Both the position numbers and the translations under genes were made by a program. Below are positions 17,930 through 27,325 of a stretch of DNA of 48,122 nt, one piece after another. Positions within the stretch are counted from its first letter, which is position 1; the number at the start of each line of letters is the position of its first letter. The notes beneath the pieces are model-generated. The model had not been told where the DNA came from. It made no database searches and saw nothing but the letters and a program-made list of their open reading frames with translations. The stretch is from a bacterium (lineage in GTDB: Bacteria; Planctomycetota; Phycisphaerae; UBA1845): assembly GCA_024231775.1 (NCBI GenBank), contig JAAEQG010001482.1:1-48122 (forward strand), read 5' to 3'.

Positions 17930-19150
17930 CTAATCGCTCTTCGCGAGGGGGCCCGGACGCTTGTTGGGGAAGATGAAGCCCTCGTCCTCGTCGTGGCATT
18001 CGTCACAGCGCGGTTTCGCGTCAAACTTGCGGTCGGCGTGGCAATCGACGCAATCAACGTCCTCGTGGTTCTCGTCGAGCCCCTGCCCGGTCACCGCGTG
18101 TTCGAATGTGTCCGAGTCCCAGTCACGGTGACATGCATTGCACTCTCGGTCCAGCTTGCTGAAGCGGGCCGTTTTGTGGCAGGCGCGGCAACTGTTTTTC
18201 TCGTGGTACCTGCTGAGCGGCCAGCCGGTGTTGGCGTGGTCAAAGGGCGGCGGCTTGTTTTGCCCCTGCTTCCAGTGACAACGCGAGCAGTTTCCGCCCT
18301 TCGCCAGATCCACGCCGTGGCACTCAGCACAATCCTGGTGGTGTTCCTCGAAGGTCCGCTCGCGCTGAACATGTTTGCCGCCTTCTTCGTGGCAGCGGGC
18401 ACAGTTGTCGCCGCGGTGGCATTCGGCACACTTGAGCTCGAAGCGATGGATGTGCTCCTTGTGGCGGAAGATGACTTTCGTCCCGGGGGCGGGCTTCGAC
18501 TTGGGCTCGTAGATCTCGGTGTCCGGTTCGGGGATGGGGGCGCCCATGTGACCGAGAACCTCTCGAGGATCCAGGATCTTGACCCCGTTCCCTACTCTCT
18601 TCGCGTGGCACGCGTCGCACTTAGTGTTATGGCTCCATTCGCGGTGGCAGCCCATGCACTGACGGTGGTACGCCCCTTTGAGGCTTGGCCTCTTGATGTC
18701 CGCACCTGCCCGCCGGTTCTCCGGCGGATGACAGGTCCGGCAGGCGGGGTGGACCTCTCCCTCGGGCGTGTAATGATGGCAAACCGTGCATCCGCCGGAG
18801 ATTTCCGCCCACTTGGCGTGTCCGGAATGGTCGAAGGGCACGGGGCCGAAGCGATCGGTCCCCTCAGTTTCGCCCTTGAGCATGTCCAGCAGGATGATTC
18901 CCTCGGGGCCTTGCTTGCTGGCCAGGACCTCGGCGGCGGCCTGGACTCGCGTGCAGTCGGGCAGGCAGACCATCGCGGAGGTCGGTTTGGGGCAGGTGTG
19001 ACAGCGGGAGCAATCCGACGCCGGTTCAGGCTGGGCGGACGGCTGCTGAGCCAAGGCCCGGGAGGGAGCCAGGACGCCACCTCCAGCGATCACCAAAGCG
19101 GCGACGATGGTCAGCCTGCACAGATTCCCAGAGTGGAGGCGGTCGTTCAT
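17930..19150 (-). CDS. cytochrome c3-family multihaem cytochrome (13 CxxCH)
   Basis: 406 aa with signal peptide ..LTIVAALVIAGGGVLAPSRALAQ. I counted 13 CxxCH motifs. Its ATG overlaps the TGA of the upstream NrfD-like gene (ATGA at 19147-19150). Confidence 0.85.
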   Translation of the reverse strand: MNDRLHSGNLCRLTIVAALVIAGGGVLAPSRALAQQPSAQPEPASDCSRCHTCPKPTSAMVCLPDCTRVQAAAEVLASKQGPEGIILLDMLKGETEGTDRFGPVPFDHSGHAKWAEISGGCTVCHHYTPEGEVHPACRTCHPPENRRAGADIKRPSLKGAYHRQCMGCHREWSHNTKCDACHAKRVGNGVKILDPREVLGHMGAPIPEPDTEIYEPKSKPAPGTKVIFRHKEHIHRFELKCAECHRGDNCARCHEEGGKHVQRERTFEEHHQDCAECHGVDLAKGGNCSRCHWKQGQNKPPPFDHANTGWPLSRYHEKNSCRACHKTARFSKLDRECNACHRDWDSDTFEHAVTGQGLDENHEDVDCVDCHADRKFDAKPRCDECHDEDEGFIFPNKRPGPLAKSD

Positions 19151-20340
19151 GATTCCCTCGCAGTAAGGTCAGGGTGACTGATCACCGGGAGGTAGGTCAC
19201 CGCCAGGCGATACACGAGCATCAGGGTGGCGATCAGCCCGACGGTAATCGCGACTTCCATGAGCGATGGGAAGTAACTCTGCGTCACGTAGGGCGGCTGG
19301 TAGGAGATCAGGAACACATTGATGCGATTGAAGACCACCCCCAGCACGATCAACAGCGCCGCGGTCAGCAGGAGTCTCGGGGTGTTGCGAACCCGCTCGG
19401 ACAGCAGCATGAAGAAGGGGATCATCACTCCGAACAACATCTCGATGATGAAACACCAACTCTGCACCGAGTTCTCCGTCAGGTAGACATAGCTACCGCG
19501 GATGGCCATGTCCGTGAGCTTCACCGCCAGATAGACTCCGGTGAAGAAGATGGTGTACTTGGACAGCGGGGCGAGAATCTCCATCTCTGGCTTGAGCTTG
19601 AAGGACCAGCCGGCGAACATCGACTCGACGATCACCATGGGGAAACCCACCATGAACGCCGACAAGAGGAACAGCAAAGGGCTGATCGACGTGTCCCATA
19701 GATCATGCCACTTCGCAGGGCAGATGACCATCAGCGTCCCCAGGGAGGACTGGTGCAGGCAAGAGAGGGCTGTCCCGGCGATGACGAACACAAACATGAT
19801 CCTGCTCAGCCTGCTGTTGAGCGCTGCGGCAATGCGACTCAGGGTGGGCCAGCGCAGGTCGGTCTCGAACCGCTCACAGATAATAGGAAGAAACTCGATG
19901 TAGAGCACGTTGATGTAACACACCACGCACATGCCCACCTCGAAGAGCACCGAGTTGCCCTGCCAGAGGATGACCGGGTGCCAGATGTTGTAGAAGCGCC
20001 CCAGGTCGAAGGTCAACCCGATACCGACGAAGGTGTACCCCAGCATCGCGGTCAGCAGCGCCGGACGGGTGATGGCGTGGTAGTGCTCGCGGTGAAAGAT
20101 GTGGGCCAGGGTCGCGGTGGTGAACCCCCCCGCGGCCAACGCCACCCCGGTGGCAACGTCGATCGCGATCCAGATGCCCCAGGGGAACTCCTGATTGAGA
20201 TTGGTGGCACCCGCCAGCCCGCCGAGAGCGAACCGGTAGAACGCGGTGCACGCCATGATAATGGAGAGTATCAACAGCATCAGCACGCCGGGCGTGAAGA
20301 ACTTCCGGCCGACAGGCATGGGCAACGCATGTTCGCTCAC
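19147..20340 (-). CDS. NrfD/HybB/DsrP/HmcC-family integral membrane quinone-interacting subunit
   Basis: 397 aa, polytopic. The N-terminus FFTPGVLMLLIL..YRFALGGLAGATNLNQEFPWGIWIAIDV is characteristic of HybB/NrfD proteins. The GTG start is preceded by AGGAG. Confidence 0.85.
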   Translation of the reverse strand: MSEHALPMPVGRKFFTPGVLMLLILSIIMACTAFYRFALGGLAGATNLNQEFPWGIWIAIDVATGVALAAGGFTTATLAHIFHREHYHAITRPALLTAMLGYTFVGIGLTFDLGRFYNIWHPVILWQGNSVLFEVGMCVVCYINVLYIEFLPIICERFETDLRWPTLSRIAAALNSRLSRIMFVFVIAGTALSCLHQSSLGTLMVICPAKWHDLWDTSISPLLFLLSAFMVGFPMVIVESMFAGWSFKLKPEMEILAPLSKYTIFFTGVYLAVKLTDMAIRGSYVYLTENSVQSWCFIIEMLFGVMIPFFMLLSERVRNTPRLLLTAALLIVLGVVFNRINVFLISYQPPYVTQSYFPSLMEVAITVGLIATLMLVYRLAVTYLPVISHPDLTARES

Positions 20341-20444
20341 TCTGAAACTCCTAGCCGCCAGGGGCTTCCCGGCTGATGTGGTCCCCAGCTGTAATGCCGC
20401 GTGCCCGCCAAGCCATCGGCGCAGCTACCCGCGGCGGCGATTAG

Positions 20445-21428
20445 TCAACCACGGTGCTCCGCGGACGCGTGCCCCTCTTCCTTGGGGTTCGGGCGCGATA
20501 CCCACATCATCGCCCCCAACAGACCATACCAAGCCAGCGGCGGAATGAAGTGCTTGAACACGCCGTGCTGAATCGTCTCCGTACGCAGGGGCGGCACTGA
20601 CGAATCCAGCTCGACGAATCCCAGCTCCGCGAACGGCTTCTGCTTGGGGGCCAAGTACAACCACGAAGTTCCGCCGGCTTCATGCTCGCCGTAGACGTGG
20701 TCCAGGTATACGTCGGGCTCACTGCGGATCTTCTCGTGGGCGAGGTCCAGCAATTCGCTCCGCTTCCCGTAGGTCATGACCTCCGCCGGACAGATCTTCA
20801 TGCAAGCGGGCACTTTGCCCTTGTTGGGATTACCTTCGTCCGCACAGAGGGTGCACTTGCGCACCTGGGGGGTCAGCAGATTATCGTATTCGTAGGTGGG
20901 GATCCCGAAGGGACACGCCACCATGCAGTAACGGCAGCCCATGCATTTCCACGCATCGTAGACGACCGGACCGTCCTCCAGCTTCCTGAACGCCCCTACG
21001 ATGCACGCGGATTCGCACGCCGGTTTGTTGCAGTGAAAGCAGTTGGCTTTGTTGTAGAACGGCTTGGTCTCGTCCGCAGGATTGGGGAACCGCCCGATCT
21101 TGGTGTGGCAATAAGGCTCGGGCCGGCGCAAATCCTCCTGATCGTACACCGACTTGTCTTCAAAGGTCTCCATCGGCTGCGGTTTGAACAGAGCTGCCTC
21201 TTTGAGTTCGCCGCGGGCGATGGACGCCTGCTCGGCGGCCTCCCTGCAGGCGAACTCGCACCGCCGACACCCGATGCATTTGGGAATGTCCACCAGGACG
21301 CCCATCCAGTCTTCGGAGATGTGCAGCGCCTCGGAAGCATCCGCGGTCTGAGCGGCGGTTCCGGAAACGGCTCCACCAAGCCCCAGTATGCCCGCGGTCC
21401 GCAGAAAGTCTCTTCGTGTACCTGACAT
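20445..21428 (-). CDS. Tat-exported 4x[4Fe-4S] ferredoxin-type subunit (HybA/DsrO/HmcB/NrfC-like) with C-terminal TM anchor
   Basis: Twin-arginine signal MSGTRRDFLRTAGILGLGG. Cys clusters are CIGCRRCEFAC, CFHCNKPACESAC, CMGCRYCMVACP and CTLC..C..ICP. The C-terminal helix is FIPPLAWYGLLGAMMWV. Confidence 0.85.
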   Translation of the reverse strand: MSGTRRDFLRTAGILGLGGAVSGTAAQTADASEALHISEDWMGVLVDIPKCIGCRRCEFACREAAEQASIARGELKEAALFKPQPMETFEDKSVYDQEDLRRPEPYCHTKIGRFPNPADETKPFYNKANCFHCNKPACESACIVGAFRKLEDGPVVYDAWKCMGCRYCMVACPFGIPTYEYDNLLTPQVRKCTLCADEGNPNKGKVPACMKICPAEVMTYGKRSELLDLAHEKIRSEPDVYLDHVYGEHEAGGTSWLYLAPKQKPFAELGFVELDSSVPPLRTETIQHGVFKHFIPPLAWYGLLGAMMWVSRPNPKEEGHASAEHRG

Positions 21429-21932
21429 CGTCTAATGTACCTCACCCGCTCGCGCGGGAACTCCGACCTCGCGGTTCGGTTCGGCAACCGTCCTTCAGGA
21501 AACCTTCCCCAGGAGCACACCCGGCAATTCTCGTGCCGCCACTGGGTTGCGGCAGATTCCCGGACCGGTAGGTTCGACACCCACCGCATCGCGCCCGGAC
21601 CGCTCGGACCCACGCCTTATCCGGGTCGTCCTGACCGCTTGCGGAGAATACCACAAACTGGAGAAATATCACGCGGATGTTAAGCGTGCGAAGCGCTTCG
21701 GGCAAGATGCCCGCCGACGGAGCTGCGAACGGGTGCGCTTGGGGTCAGCGCCGGATGTTTGACTACACAAACGCCATCGGAGCACGCCACCGCGACAACG
21801 ACGGAACGAGACCCGATCGCCAACGGATTCGCCCCACCGACGGCGAAGTCGGTCCAACGAGCCAGCGTCCGACCTCACTCCTCGGTCGGCGGGAATCCGA
21901 CCGCCACACGCTCAGGACCTCGCCACCGGCGG

Positions 21933-23255
21933 TCAAGCCGGGAAGATCTTGGACCGTCCGGTGCGCACGCCACTGGTGGCGTTGCGCGTATCCACCACCG
22001 CCCGGGCATGCTTGACGATCATCGCGTAGTCGTAGTCGCTGTGGTCGGTGGCGATCAGGACGCAATCATATCTGCCGAGCATGGCGGGAGACAGCGGTTT
22101 GCTGCGCATGCCCAGGTCATGCTCGCGCTGCTTGTGCGTGTGGGGGATGTAGGGATCGTTATAGTCCACCTTGGCTCCGCGCTCTCGGAGCAATTCGATC
22201 AGCTCGATCGAAGGCGACTCGCGCAGGTCGTCGATGTCCTTCTTGTAGGCCAAGCCCAGCACCAGGATCTTGGATCCGTTGATCGCCTTCTTCGTTCGAT
22301 TCAGGCACTCCCCCACCCGGTCGATGACGTACTCCGGCATCCGAGCGTTGATGTCCCCAGCCAGTTCGATGAAGCGCGTGCTCAGATCGAACTCGCGGGC
22401 CTTCCAGGTCAGATAGAAAGGATCGATGGGAATGCAATGCCCCCCCAGCCCAGGGCCGGGATAGAAGGCGTGAAACCCGAACGGCTTGGTGGATGCCGCC
22501 CGAATCACCTCCCAAACATCGATTCCCATGCGGTGGAAGAGCATCTTGATCTCGTTGATCATCGCGATGTTGATGCACCGGTAGACGTTTTCGAGGATCT
22601 TGCAGGCTTCCGCCGCTTCACAACTGCTGACGGACACGACCTGCTCGACCGCACGGCTGTACAGCGCACAAGCAACCCGGCTACTGGTCCGGTCAATGCC
22701 GCCCACGACCTTGGGAATGGTCCTGGTGGAGAAGTTCTTATTACCGGGGTCCTCGCGCTCGGGGGAAAACGCCAGATAGAAGTCCTTTCCGGCCTTTAGA
22801 CCGCTCTGCTCCAGAATGGGGAGCACGACCTCCCGAGTGGTTCCGGGGTAGGTGGTACTCTCGAGCACGACGAGTTGACCACGACGCAGGTTCCGCGAGA
22901 TAACCTCCGCGGTCGAGCGAACGTAGGTCATGTCTGGTTCGCGCATCTTGGTCAGTGGCGTGGGCACGCAAATGACCACGGCGTCGCAGCGCTGGAGCTT
23001 GCGTGGGTCTGTGGTGGCGCTGAACTGCTTGGCCTTGAGGCAGTCACGGATCAGCTTGGAGGGAATATGGTCGATGTAGCTCTTGCCCGCGTTGAGCATC
23101 CGCACCTTCGCCGGATCCACGTCAAGCCCGAGTACGTTCAGCCCCCCCTCGCAGAAAGTCTGCATCAACGGCAGGCCCACGTAGCCCATGCCGATAATCC
23201 CCACGAGAGCCTTCCCCTGCTCCAACGACGCGATGAGTTTCTGATGATCTGCCAA
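21933..23255 (-). CDS. UDP-N-acetyl-sugar (nucleotide-sugar) 6-dehydrogenase, WecC/WbpA/Cap5O-like
   Basis: 440 aa. Rossmann motif VGIIGMGYVGLPL and the catalytic region GPGLGGHCIPIDP. The TTG start is preceded by AGGAG at 9 nt. Confidence 0.9.
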   Translation of the reverse strand: MADHQKLIASLEQGKALVGIIGMGYVGLPLMQTFCEGGLNVLGLDVDPAKVRMLNAGKSYIDHIPSKLIRDCLKAKQFSATTDPRKLQRCDAVVICVPTPLTKMREPDMTYVRSTAEVISRNLRRGQLVVLESTTYPGTTREVVLPILEQSGLKAGKDFYLAFSPEREDPGNKNFSTRTIPKVVGGIDRTSSRVACALYSRAVEQVVSVSSCEAAEACKILENVYRCINIAMINEIKMLFHRMGIDVWEVIRAASTKPFGFHAFYPGPGLGGHCIPIDPFYLTWKAREFDLSTRFIELAGDINARMPEYVIDRVGECLNRTKKAINGSKILVLGLAYKKDIDDLRESPSIELIELLRERGAKVDYNDPYIPHTHKQREHDLGMRSKPLSPAMLGRYDCVLIATDHSDYDYAMIVKHARAVVDTRNATSGVRTGRSKIFPA

Positions 23256-23345
23256 GTATCTAACTCCTACCTACGTTGTACCCGATCCCCAATGATAAGC
23301 TTGCCGCTCCCAGGTGGCAACGGACCGCGGAGGATTCGGCGACAC

Positions 23346-23374
23346 TTAGCGCCCGTGCCCGGAGTCACTATAAT
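23346..23374 (+). promoter_or_regulatory. candidate sigma70-like promoter for the DegT-family gene
   Basis: Perfect TATAAT at 23369-23374 with TTAGCG at 23346-23351 (17-nt spacer), about 40 nt upstream of ATG 23414, in a divergent intergenic region. Confidence 0.35.
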
Positions 23375-23413
23375 CTCTCGAACCGGACCCTGAACCACCC
23401 CGTAGGAATGCTC

Positions 23414-24526
23414 ATGAACCAGATTCCCCTAGCTCAGCCGGACATCACCCAACACGAGATCGACGCGGTGGTCCAAGTGCTGCGAACCCCCAACCTGTCC
23501 CTGGGGCCGCAGTTGGAGCGATTTGAACAGGCGTTCGCCGACTACTGTGGAACACGCTTCGGGGTGGCGTGCAACAGCGGCACGTCCGCACTCCACCTGC
23601 TCATGATCGCCTTGGGGATCGAGCCTGGTGACGAGGTGATCGTGACCCCGTTCTCGTTCATCGCCTCGGCGAACTGCGTTCTTTTCGAGGGCGGCACCCC
23701 GGTCTTCGCCGACGTCGATCCGCACACCTGGAACCTCGACCCGCAGCAGATCAAAACCAAGGTCACCCCACGCACCAAAGCCATCATCCCGGTGGACGTT
23801 TTCGGACAGGTAGCGGACCTCGATCCGGTGCTGGAGCTTGCCCGAAAGCACCGCATCGCAGTGCTTGAGGATTCCTGTGAAGCGGTGGGGGCAACATACC
23901 AGGGGCGTCGCGCCGGTGGGATCGGCGATGCGGGGGTGTTCGGGTTTTACCCTAACAAGCAGCTCACCGCCGGCGAAGGGGGAATGATCGTTACGGACCA
24001 TGAGGAGTGGGCCGCCCTGGCCCGCTCGGTGCGCAACCAGGGGCGCAACCCCGGCGGCGGCTGGCTGGGTCACGATCGGCTGGGCTACAACTTTCGCCTG
24101 AGTGACCTCAACTGTGCGTTGGGGTTGGCCCAGTTGGATCGCGTCGACGAGATCCTCGAGTCCCGCCGCCGTGTAGCGGAGATGTACCTCCAGCGTCTGG
24201 GCGAGGACCCGCGACTGATCCGCCAAAAACCTCTCGAAGACACGACCATGAGCTGGTTCGTATTCGTAGTGCGACTGATTGACGAGTACACCCAAGACGA
24301 TCGTGACCGCATCCTGACCCAACTGCGCGCCCAGGGGATCGGTAGCAGCAACTACTTCGCCCCGATCCACCTTCAGCCGTTCTACGTCGAGCGATTCGGA
24401 TTCAAGCCGGGCGACTTTCCGGTCTGCGAAGCGTTGGCGGCGCGGACCTTGGCGCTGCCTTTCCATGCCCATTTGACCGAGGCGGAGATCGACTTCGTCT
24501 GCACCTCGCTGAAGAACCTGCTATAG
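23414..24526 (+). CDS. DegT/DnrJ/EryC1/StrS-family PLP-dependent sugar aminotransferase
   Basis: MNQIPLAQPDITQHEIDAV.. is the typical family N-terminus. Further motifs are CNSGTSALHL, IIPVDVFGQ and FYPNKQLTAGEGGMIVT (PLP lysine). Start moved from 23276 to 23414. Confidence 0.9.
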   Translation: MNQIPLAQPDITQHEIDAVVQVLRTPNLSLGPQLERFEQAFADYCGTRFGVACNSGTSALHLLMIALGIEPGDEVIVTPFSFIASANCVLFEGGTPVFADVDPHTWNLDPQQIKTKVTPRTKAIIPVDVFGQVADLDPVLELARKHRIAVLEDSCEAVGATYQGRRAGGIGDAGVFGFYPNKQLTAGEGGMIVTDHEEWAALARSVRNQGRNPGGGWLGHDRLGYNFRLSDLNCALGLAQLDRVDEILESRRRVAEMYLQRLGEDPRLIRQKPLEDTTMSWFVFVVRLIDEYTQDDRDRILTQLRAQGIGSSNYFAPIHLQPFYVERFGFKPGDFPVCEALAARTLALPFHAHLTEAEIDFVCTSLKNLL

Positions 24527-24719
24527 CCGCAGGGGGCAAGTTGCTGCGCCGCTCGGTCGGCGGAAGATCCCGAACGGAGCGGAGACCTGTGTGCCTGGGG
24601 CGCACAGCAGGCCGCTCGTCTATTCGCCGCGGTGTCCATCCTCTGGCCAAGCTGGCGACCAGAACGTAGAAGGCCAGCAGGTTCCCAAGCCGGGCCACGC
24701 CACACATGCGCCTCAGCGT

Positions 24720-26063
24720 TCAGTCGGCCAGAGGTAGCCCGCTGGGAACTCCGTCTGGGGTATCGGCGATCGCCAGCCAGCCGAGACTGGGTGAAGTCAG
24801 GGCCTCCATGAACTGCATCAGGTCGTCGAACTCGCCGGCGGTGAGCGTTACCGGCTCGGTCTCGTCGGGATCGACCGCCGCCAGGATGGTGTCGGTCTGC
24901 TCGGGATGGTAGAGGGGTTCGAGCGCTGCGCTGAGTTGTTCGGCGTCGAAAGCTGCGACGCTACTCACGCAATCGAGCTGGTGCCTCACCGCGGCTTCGA
25001 GCGTGGTAAACGCACCATCGTGCATCCAGGGGCCGGTGGCAGCGACGTTGCGCAGAGGTGGCGTACGGAACTTGCAGCGGTCCGCCTGGTCCTCCGTGAC
25101 GCGTTCGCGGCCGAAGTCGGCCAGACCCGCATCACCGTCTCCCTTGCCGGGGCCGAGTTGAGGAACGGCCCGATTGTGGTAGTCCTCGTCGGTCATTAGC
25201 GAGCCAGTGTGGCAGTTCGCGCATCCGGCTTTGCCGTAAAATAGCACGGCGCCGCGCTTGGCTGAGTCTGACAGAGCGGTGCCGTCGCCACGGAGGTAGG
25301 CGTCGAAGGGACTGTCCACCAGCGTCCAGTGCTCGATTTCAAAGGCTGCGATCGCATTGGCGGCGTGGGCAAAGGTGAGATCATGCTCGGCGACGTCGGG
25401 GTAGGCTGCGGCGAAGAGTTGCCGATACTCGTCGAACTCGAGCACGCGGACCATCAGCGCCGACCAGATCCCGCTGAAGTCGTCATCGTCCGCATCAGCA
25501 ATCTCGTTCTCGCCCGCGGCACCGCGCATTTCGTCTGGAGACGTCACCGGGAACATAGCCTGGACAGCCAAAGCGCTTTCCAGACCGGGAAGGAGCGCGT
25601 CTCCCGCGGGCGACTCGAAAGTCCCGTCGCCGCGGTCGGCCACTCGACCATCCCAGAACATAGTCGTAAAGCCGGCCCGGTTGAACACTTCCGGAGCGTT
25701 TCGGGGGATGAAGATCGGCTCGCCACCCTGATCCACCGGAGCGGCACGCCCCTGAGCCAATCCCGTGCCGCCCTGGCCAACGGAGAGTGATAAGCCGTCG
25801 CCAGTGAATGCCAAAGGAGTGTGGCAGGTGGCACAGGAGATGTTCCGGTTGCCGCTCAGGAGCTTGTCGAAGAAGAGCGCCTGCCCCAGGCGGACCTTGG
25901 CTTCCTCGGCGGCTGGCTTGGAGATCGCCTCCACCTCATGCTCGGCCAACAAGGCCCGCAGGTCGGTGTCCAGTTCTTCCGCACCGTCGGGGGGAGCCAC
26001 GACGGCTGTACACCCCCCGACGAGAAGCATCGCCGCACAGATTGCGAGTTTCTTCCGGTTCAT
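24720..26063 (-). CDS. dihaem cytochrome c peroxidase (CCP/MauG family), probable lipoprotein
   Basis: Two CxxCH motifs (CATCH, CANCH). FFDKLLSGNRNISCATCH and FRTPPLRNVAATGPWMHDG are family hallmarks. Start set at ATG 26063 (MNRKKLAICAAMLLVGGC lipobox), preceded by AAGGAG. Confidence 0.85.
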   Translation of the reverse strand: MNRKKLAICAAMLLVGGCTAVVAPPDGAEELDTDLRALLAEHEVEAISKPAAEEAKVRLGQALFFDKLLSGNRNISCATCHTPLAFTGDGLSLSVGQGGTGLAQGRAAPVDQGGEPIFIPRNAPEVFNRAGFTTMFWDGRVADRGDGTFESPAGDALLPGLESALAVQAMFPVTSPDEMRGAAGENEIADADDDDFSGIWSALMVRVLEFDEYRQLFAAAYPDVAEHDLTFAHAANAIAAFEIEHWTLVDSPFDAYLRGDGTALSDSAKRGAVLFYGKAGCANCHTGSLMTDEDYHNRAVPQLGPGKGDGDAGLADFGRERVTEDQADRCKFRTPPLRNVAATGPWMHDGAFTTLEAAVRHQLDCVSSVAAFDAEQLSAALEPLYHPEQTDTILAAVDPDETEPVTLTAGEFDDLMQFMEALTSPSLGWLAIADTPDGVPSGLPLAD

Positions 26064-26435
26064 GTTCTTTCTCCTTGCTGCGCCTGCGAACGCACGCCAC
26101 ACAGACCAGCGGATTCGGTCACACAACCGCGTCATACGTGTCCAGAGGAGGTGCATTCCCCGATGCGCTCATGCCATTGGCATGGGCGACCCGTCATCAG
26201 GCTCATTCTAGCGTCTCTGGACAGCGATATCGACGGCCTGACCTGATGCAGAGGGGGCATATTGCCACCCCTGCATCGTGCTGAGTTGCCGGCCGTTCGG
26301 AGAGGACGCTCACCCAGCACGCAGTAACACGGCGTATCAGGACGCGCCCGCACGGTCTCGACCCAACGGCTTGGGCGGCGTAGAATGAGCGGTGCGCGGT
26401 GGTGGAACCCAAACGCGTCGGATGGTGCGTCGAAT

Positions 26436-27323
26436 ATGCTCGAATCGTCAGCCAAACGGTCCGCACGTCTGCGGGAGCTGATCGCGAACCACATCGTGGT
26501 TCTGCCCGGGGCGTTCAACGCCCTGAGCGCCCGACTGATCGAGCGCGAGGGGCATGAGGCAATTTATCTTTCCGGGGCGGTGTTGGCCAACTCGGTGGGC
26601 GGCGTTCCGGACGTGGGGTTGATGACCCTGAGCGAACTGCGAGACCACGCCACCCACATCGCCAATGTGACTTCGCTGCCGATCATCGCGGACGCGGACA
26701 CGGGCTTCGGCGGTCCGGAGAACGCCGCCCGGACGGTGCGAGTGCTGGAGAGCGCCGGGGTAAGCGGAATGCACCTCGAAGACCAGGAGTTCCCCAAGCG
26801 CTGTGGTCACCTGGAGGGCAAGCGGCTAGTGCCGGCAGAGGAGATGTGCGCCAAGGTCGCCGCGGCGGCGGCAGCCAAAACCAGCGAGGATTTCTTGCTG
26901 ATTGCGCGCACGGATGCACGGGGGGTTGTGGGGTACGACGAGGCGGTTCGGCGAGCGGAGATGTACATTGCCGCCGGGGCGGACGGCATCTTTCCCGAGG
27001 CGCTGCACACGCGGGCGGAACTGGAACGGTTCGCCCGCGATGTCGATACCATCCTGCTGGCGAACATGACCGAGTTCGGCAAGACTGAATACCTGACCGC
27101 GGATGAGTTCGCGTCCCTGGGGTACGACTTGGTGATCTTTCCGGTCACGTTGCAGCGCGTGGCGATGAAGGCGACCGAGGCGGCGTTGCGGACCTTGAAG
27201 GAAGAGGGTACCCAGAAAGCGATCCTGGAGCAGATGCAGACCCGTGATGAGCTGTACGATCTACTGGGGTATCAGATGGAAACGCCGGGAGCGAACCACC
27301 CCGACCCCGGTCGGAGACCATAG
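26436..27323 (+). CDS. prpB: methylisocitrate lyase (isocitrate lyase/PEP mutase family)
   Basis: AIYLSGA, DADTGFGG, HLEDQEFPKRCGHLEGK (KRCGH active-site loop), ARTDA, NMTEFGKT and EGTQKAILEQMQTRDELY closely parallel E. coli PrpB as I recall it. ATG 26436 fits the homologue N-terminus; the track start is 26385. Confidence 0.85.
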   Translation: MLESSAKRSARLRELIANHIVVLPGAFNALSARLIEREGHEAIYLSGAVLANSVGGVPDVGLMTLSELRDHATHIANVTSLPIIADADTGFGGPENAARTVRVLESAGVSGMHLEDQEFPKRCGHLEGKRLVPAEEMCAKVAAAAAAKTSEDFLLIARTDARGVVGYDEAVRRAEMYIAAGADGIFPEALHTRAELERFARDVDTILLANMTEFGKTEYLTADEFASLGYDLVIFPVTLQRVAMKATEAALRTLKEEGTQKAILEQMQTRDELYDLLGYQMETPGANHPDPGRRP

Positions 27324-27325
27324 GC

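Noticed and set aside
17876-19177. 433-aa plus-strand ORF
   Set aside because: It is antisense to the 13-haem cytochrome gene, whose CxxCH periodicity clearly identifies the real frame. The composition (V/A/G/R-rich, no motifs) is typical of shadow ORFs in GC-rich DNA.
21759-22799. 346-aa plus-strand ORF
   Set aside because: It is antisense to the nucleotide-sugar dehydrogenase, which has a Rossmann motif and a catalytic Cys region. It has no motif of its own.
23429-24472. 347-aa minus-strand ORF
   Set aside because: It is antisense to the DegT-family aminotransferase, making it a shadow ORF.
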